From Dehalococcoidia bacterium (GTDB taxonomy: Bacteria > Chloroflexota > Dehalococcoidia > DSTF01 > JACRBR01), in the NCBI GenBank assembly GCA_041494685.1, contig JBGQBE010000016.1:1-56380 (forward strand): a stretch of DNA of 56,380 nucleotides, in the 5' to 3' direction. The notes under the pieces are model-generated. The model made no database searches. It saw nothing but the letters and a program-made list of their open reading frames with translations, and was not told the origin of the DNA. Made by a program: the position numbers and the translations under genes. Positions 54,530-56,380 of the stretch are shown piece after piece (the first letter of the stretch is position 1; every line of letters starts with the position of its first letter).

Positions 54530-56380
54530 ATGGTCCACGAAACATCTCGCCAGTTCGGCTACGACTCGTACGGCAACCGGACATCGAAGACGGATGCGCT
54601 GAGCCACGTATGGGCGTACACGTACGACCTCGGCGGACGGATGCTGACGGAGACGGACCCGCTGAGTCACACGACGACGTTCACCTACGACAACCAGAAC
54701 AACGCGCTCACGGTCACGGACGCCCTGGGGAACGTGACGACGAACGTCTACAACGCGAAGGGCTTGCCGACGAAGGTCATCGACGCGAACCGGGCCACGC
54801 TGGCGACGCCCGAATCGGGAGCGCAGTGCGGCGCCGCCGGCACGGGGAACGGCGTCGACGACGACGCCGACGGGCGCGTCGACGACGGCTGCCCGAACAG
54901 CATCACGACTTACGACAACGCGGACCACGTCACCAGCGTGGTCGACGCGGCCGGCAACAGCGTCTCGTACGGGTACGACGCCAACGGCAACCGCACGTCG
55001 ATGACGAACACCCGCGGCAACGTCACGACCTACGTCTACGACGCCGCGAACCGGCTGACCAGCACCACGGACCCGCTGAGCCGGACGACGGCGTACGGCT
55101 ATGACGCGGCCAGCCGCCGCACGTCGCGGACGGACGCCAAGAGCCAGACAACGAACTACAGCTACGACGTGGTCGACCGCCTGACGCTGATCGACTACCC
55201 GGTGGGCACACCCGACGCGACCTTTACCTACAACGCCCTCGGCAACAGGGCGACGATGGTCGACGGCAGCGGCACGACGACCTATACGCGCGACGCGCTG
55301 TACCGGCCCACGTCCATCCAGGACGGCGGCGGCAGCACGGTGAGCTACGGCTACGACGCCGCCGGGCGCCGGACGGGCATCACCTACCCCGGTGGCACGG
55401 AGACCGTGACGTACGGGTACGATAGCGCCGACCGGCTGACCTCGGTCACCGACTGGCTGAGCAAGGTCACGAGCTACACCTACGACAACGCGAACCGGCT
55501 GACCAGCATCACGCTGGGCAACGGGCTGATCTCCGACCGCACCTACGACAACGCCGACCGGCTGCTGACGCTGGTGAACCGGAACGGGGGGACCACCATC
55601 TCTTCGTACACGTACACGCTGGACGCGGTGGGGAACCGGACCCAACGGGTCGATACTCTAGGCACAGAGAGTTACGGGTACGACGCCCTCTACCGTCTGA
55701 CGGGGGCGAACTACGCGAATGGAGACGTGCAAAGCTACACGTACGATGCCATGGGCAACCGGACGCAGAAGGTCCACAACGGCACGCCGACCGGCTACAG
55801 CTACGACAACGCCGACCAGATGACGCTGGCGGGCGGCGTGTCCTACACGTACGACAACAACGGCAACCAGACCGCGGCCGGGTCGGACACGTTCGGATGG
55901 GACGCGGAGGACCGGCTGACCAGCACGAACATCGGCGGCGTGGCCGGGAGCTACGCCTACAACGGCGACGGGCTGCGCACGAGCCGCACGATCGGTGGGA
56001 CGACGGCGACGTACGCGTGGGACCAGAACGCCTCGATGCCGGCGATCCTGCGGGACGGCGCGGGCAACCGCTACGTCTACGGGCTGGGCCTGATCTCGCG
56101 CACCGACAGCCTGGGCAACCAGGAGTACGAGCTGTCGGACGGCCTCGGCTCGACGACGGGACTGGCCGACGGCACCGGCGCGGTGACGGACACGTACACG
56201 TACGACGTCTACGGCGCGGTGCGGACTCGCACCGGCACGAGCCCGAACGAGTTCACCTTCACGGGCGAACAGGTCGACGCGACGGGGCTGCAGTACCTGC
56301 GTGCGCGCTACTACGACGCCGCGACGGGGCGCTTCGCGTCGCGCGACCCGCTGCCGCTGATGCAGCGGTACGCGTACGTC
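54530..56380 (+). CDS. RHS/YD-repeat protein, N-terminally truncated, continues beyond the window
   Basis: Manual translation MVHETSRQFGYDSYGNRTSKTD..., many YD..GNRT repeats and RHS core FTGEQVDATGLQYLRARYYDAATGRFASRDP; in-frame TGA upstream at 54479. Confidence 0.9.
   Translation, partial: MVHETSRQFGYDSYGNRTSKTDALSHVWAYTYDLGGRMLTETDPLSHTTTFTYDNQNNALTVTDALGNVTTNVYNAKGLPTKVIDANRATLATPESGAQCGAAGTGNGVDDDADGRVDDGCPNSITTYDNADHVTSVVDAAGNSVSYGYDANGNRTSMTNTRGNVTTYVYDAANRLTSTTDPLSRTTAYGYDAASRRTSRTDAKSQTTNYSYDVVDRLTLIDYPVGTPDATFTYNALGNRATMVDGSGTTTYTRDALYRPTSIQDGGGSTVSYGYDAAGRRTGITYPGGTETVTYGYDSADRLTSVTDWLSKVTSYTYDNANRLTSITLGNGLISDRTYDNADRLLTLVNRNGGTTISSYTYTLDAVGNRTQRVDTLGTESYGYDALYRLTGANYANGDVQSYTYDAMGNRTQKVHNGTPTGYSYDNADQMTLAGGVSYTYDNNGNQTAAGSDTFGWDAEDRLTSTNIGGVAGSYAYNGDGLRTSRTIGGTTATYAWDQNASMPAILRDGAGNRYVYGLGLISRTDSLGNQEYELSDGLGSTTGLADGTGAVTDTYTYDVYGAVRTRTGTSPNEFTFTGEQVDATGLQYLRARYYDAATGRFASRDPLPLMQRYAYV

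Noticed and set aside
1..56380. tRNA, rRNA, integrase, transposase or cas genes
   Set aside because: None recognised by eye; nearly all of the sequence is accounted for by other genes.

Overview
High-GC bacterial window, inferred from its Tat/lipoprotein family-5 solute-binding protein and lipoprotein NosZ to be Chloroflexota (Dehalococcoidia-like). About 50 kb forms one anaerobic-metabolism cluster. It holds a clade II N2O reductase operon (nosZ-B-D-F-Y) and five paralogous catalytic subunits of the ethylbenzene/steroid-C25 dehydrogenase branch of DMSO-reductase family type II; only one has a Tat signal. These come with two beta subunits, two gamma subunits (one lacking both heme ligands) and one chaperone. 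Also present are Moco genes (moaA, mobA, a mobB-fmdE fusion), two lipoprotein cupredoxins (one fused to a Rieske-like domain without cluster ligands), a benzaldehyde-lyase-like ThDP enzyme, a nitrilase-family enzyme, transporters, a branched-chain 2-oxoacid dehydrogenase and a DosS/DosR-like two-component system. DosR/OsdR-like palindromes recur in most promoter regions. The leading inferred hypothesis is a hypoxia-induced, modular O2-independent hydroxylation system that passes electrons through blue-copper proteins to N2O. From about 51.5 kb an accessory region begins, with a LexA-like promoter, an orphan 40-33-40 bp repeat-spacer-repeat, a snapalysin-like protease and an N-terminally truncated RHS protein running off the end. 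No rRNA, tRNA, integrase, transposase or cas gene was recognised. All family calls come from motifs read by eye; no database searches were run.
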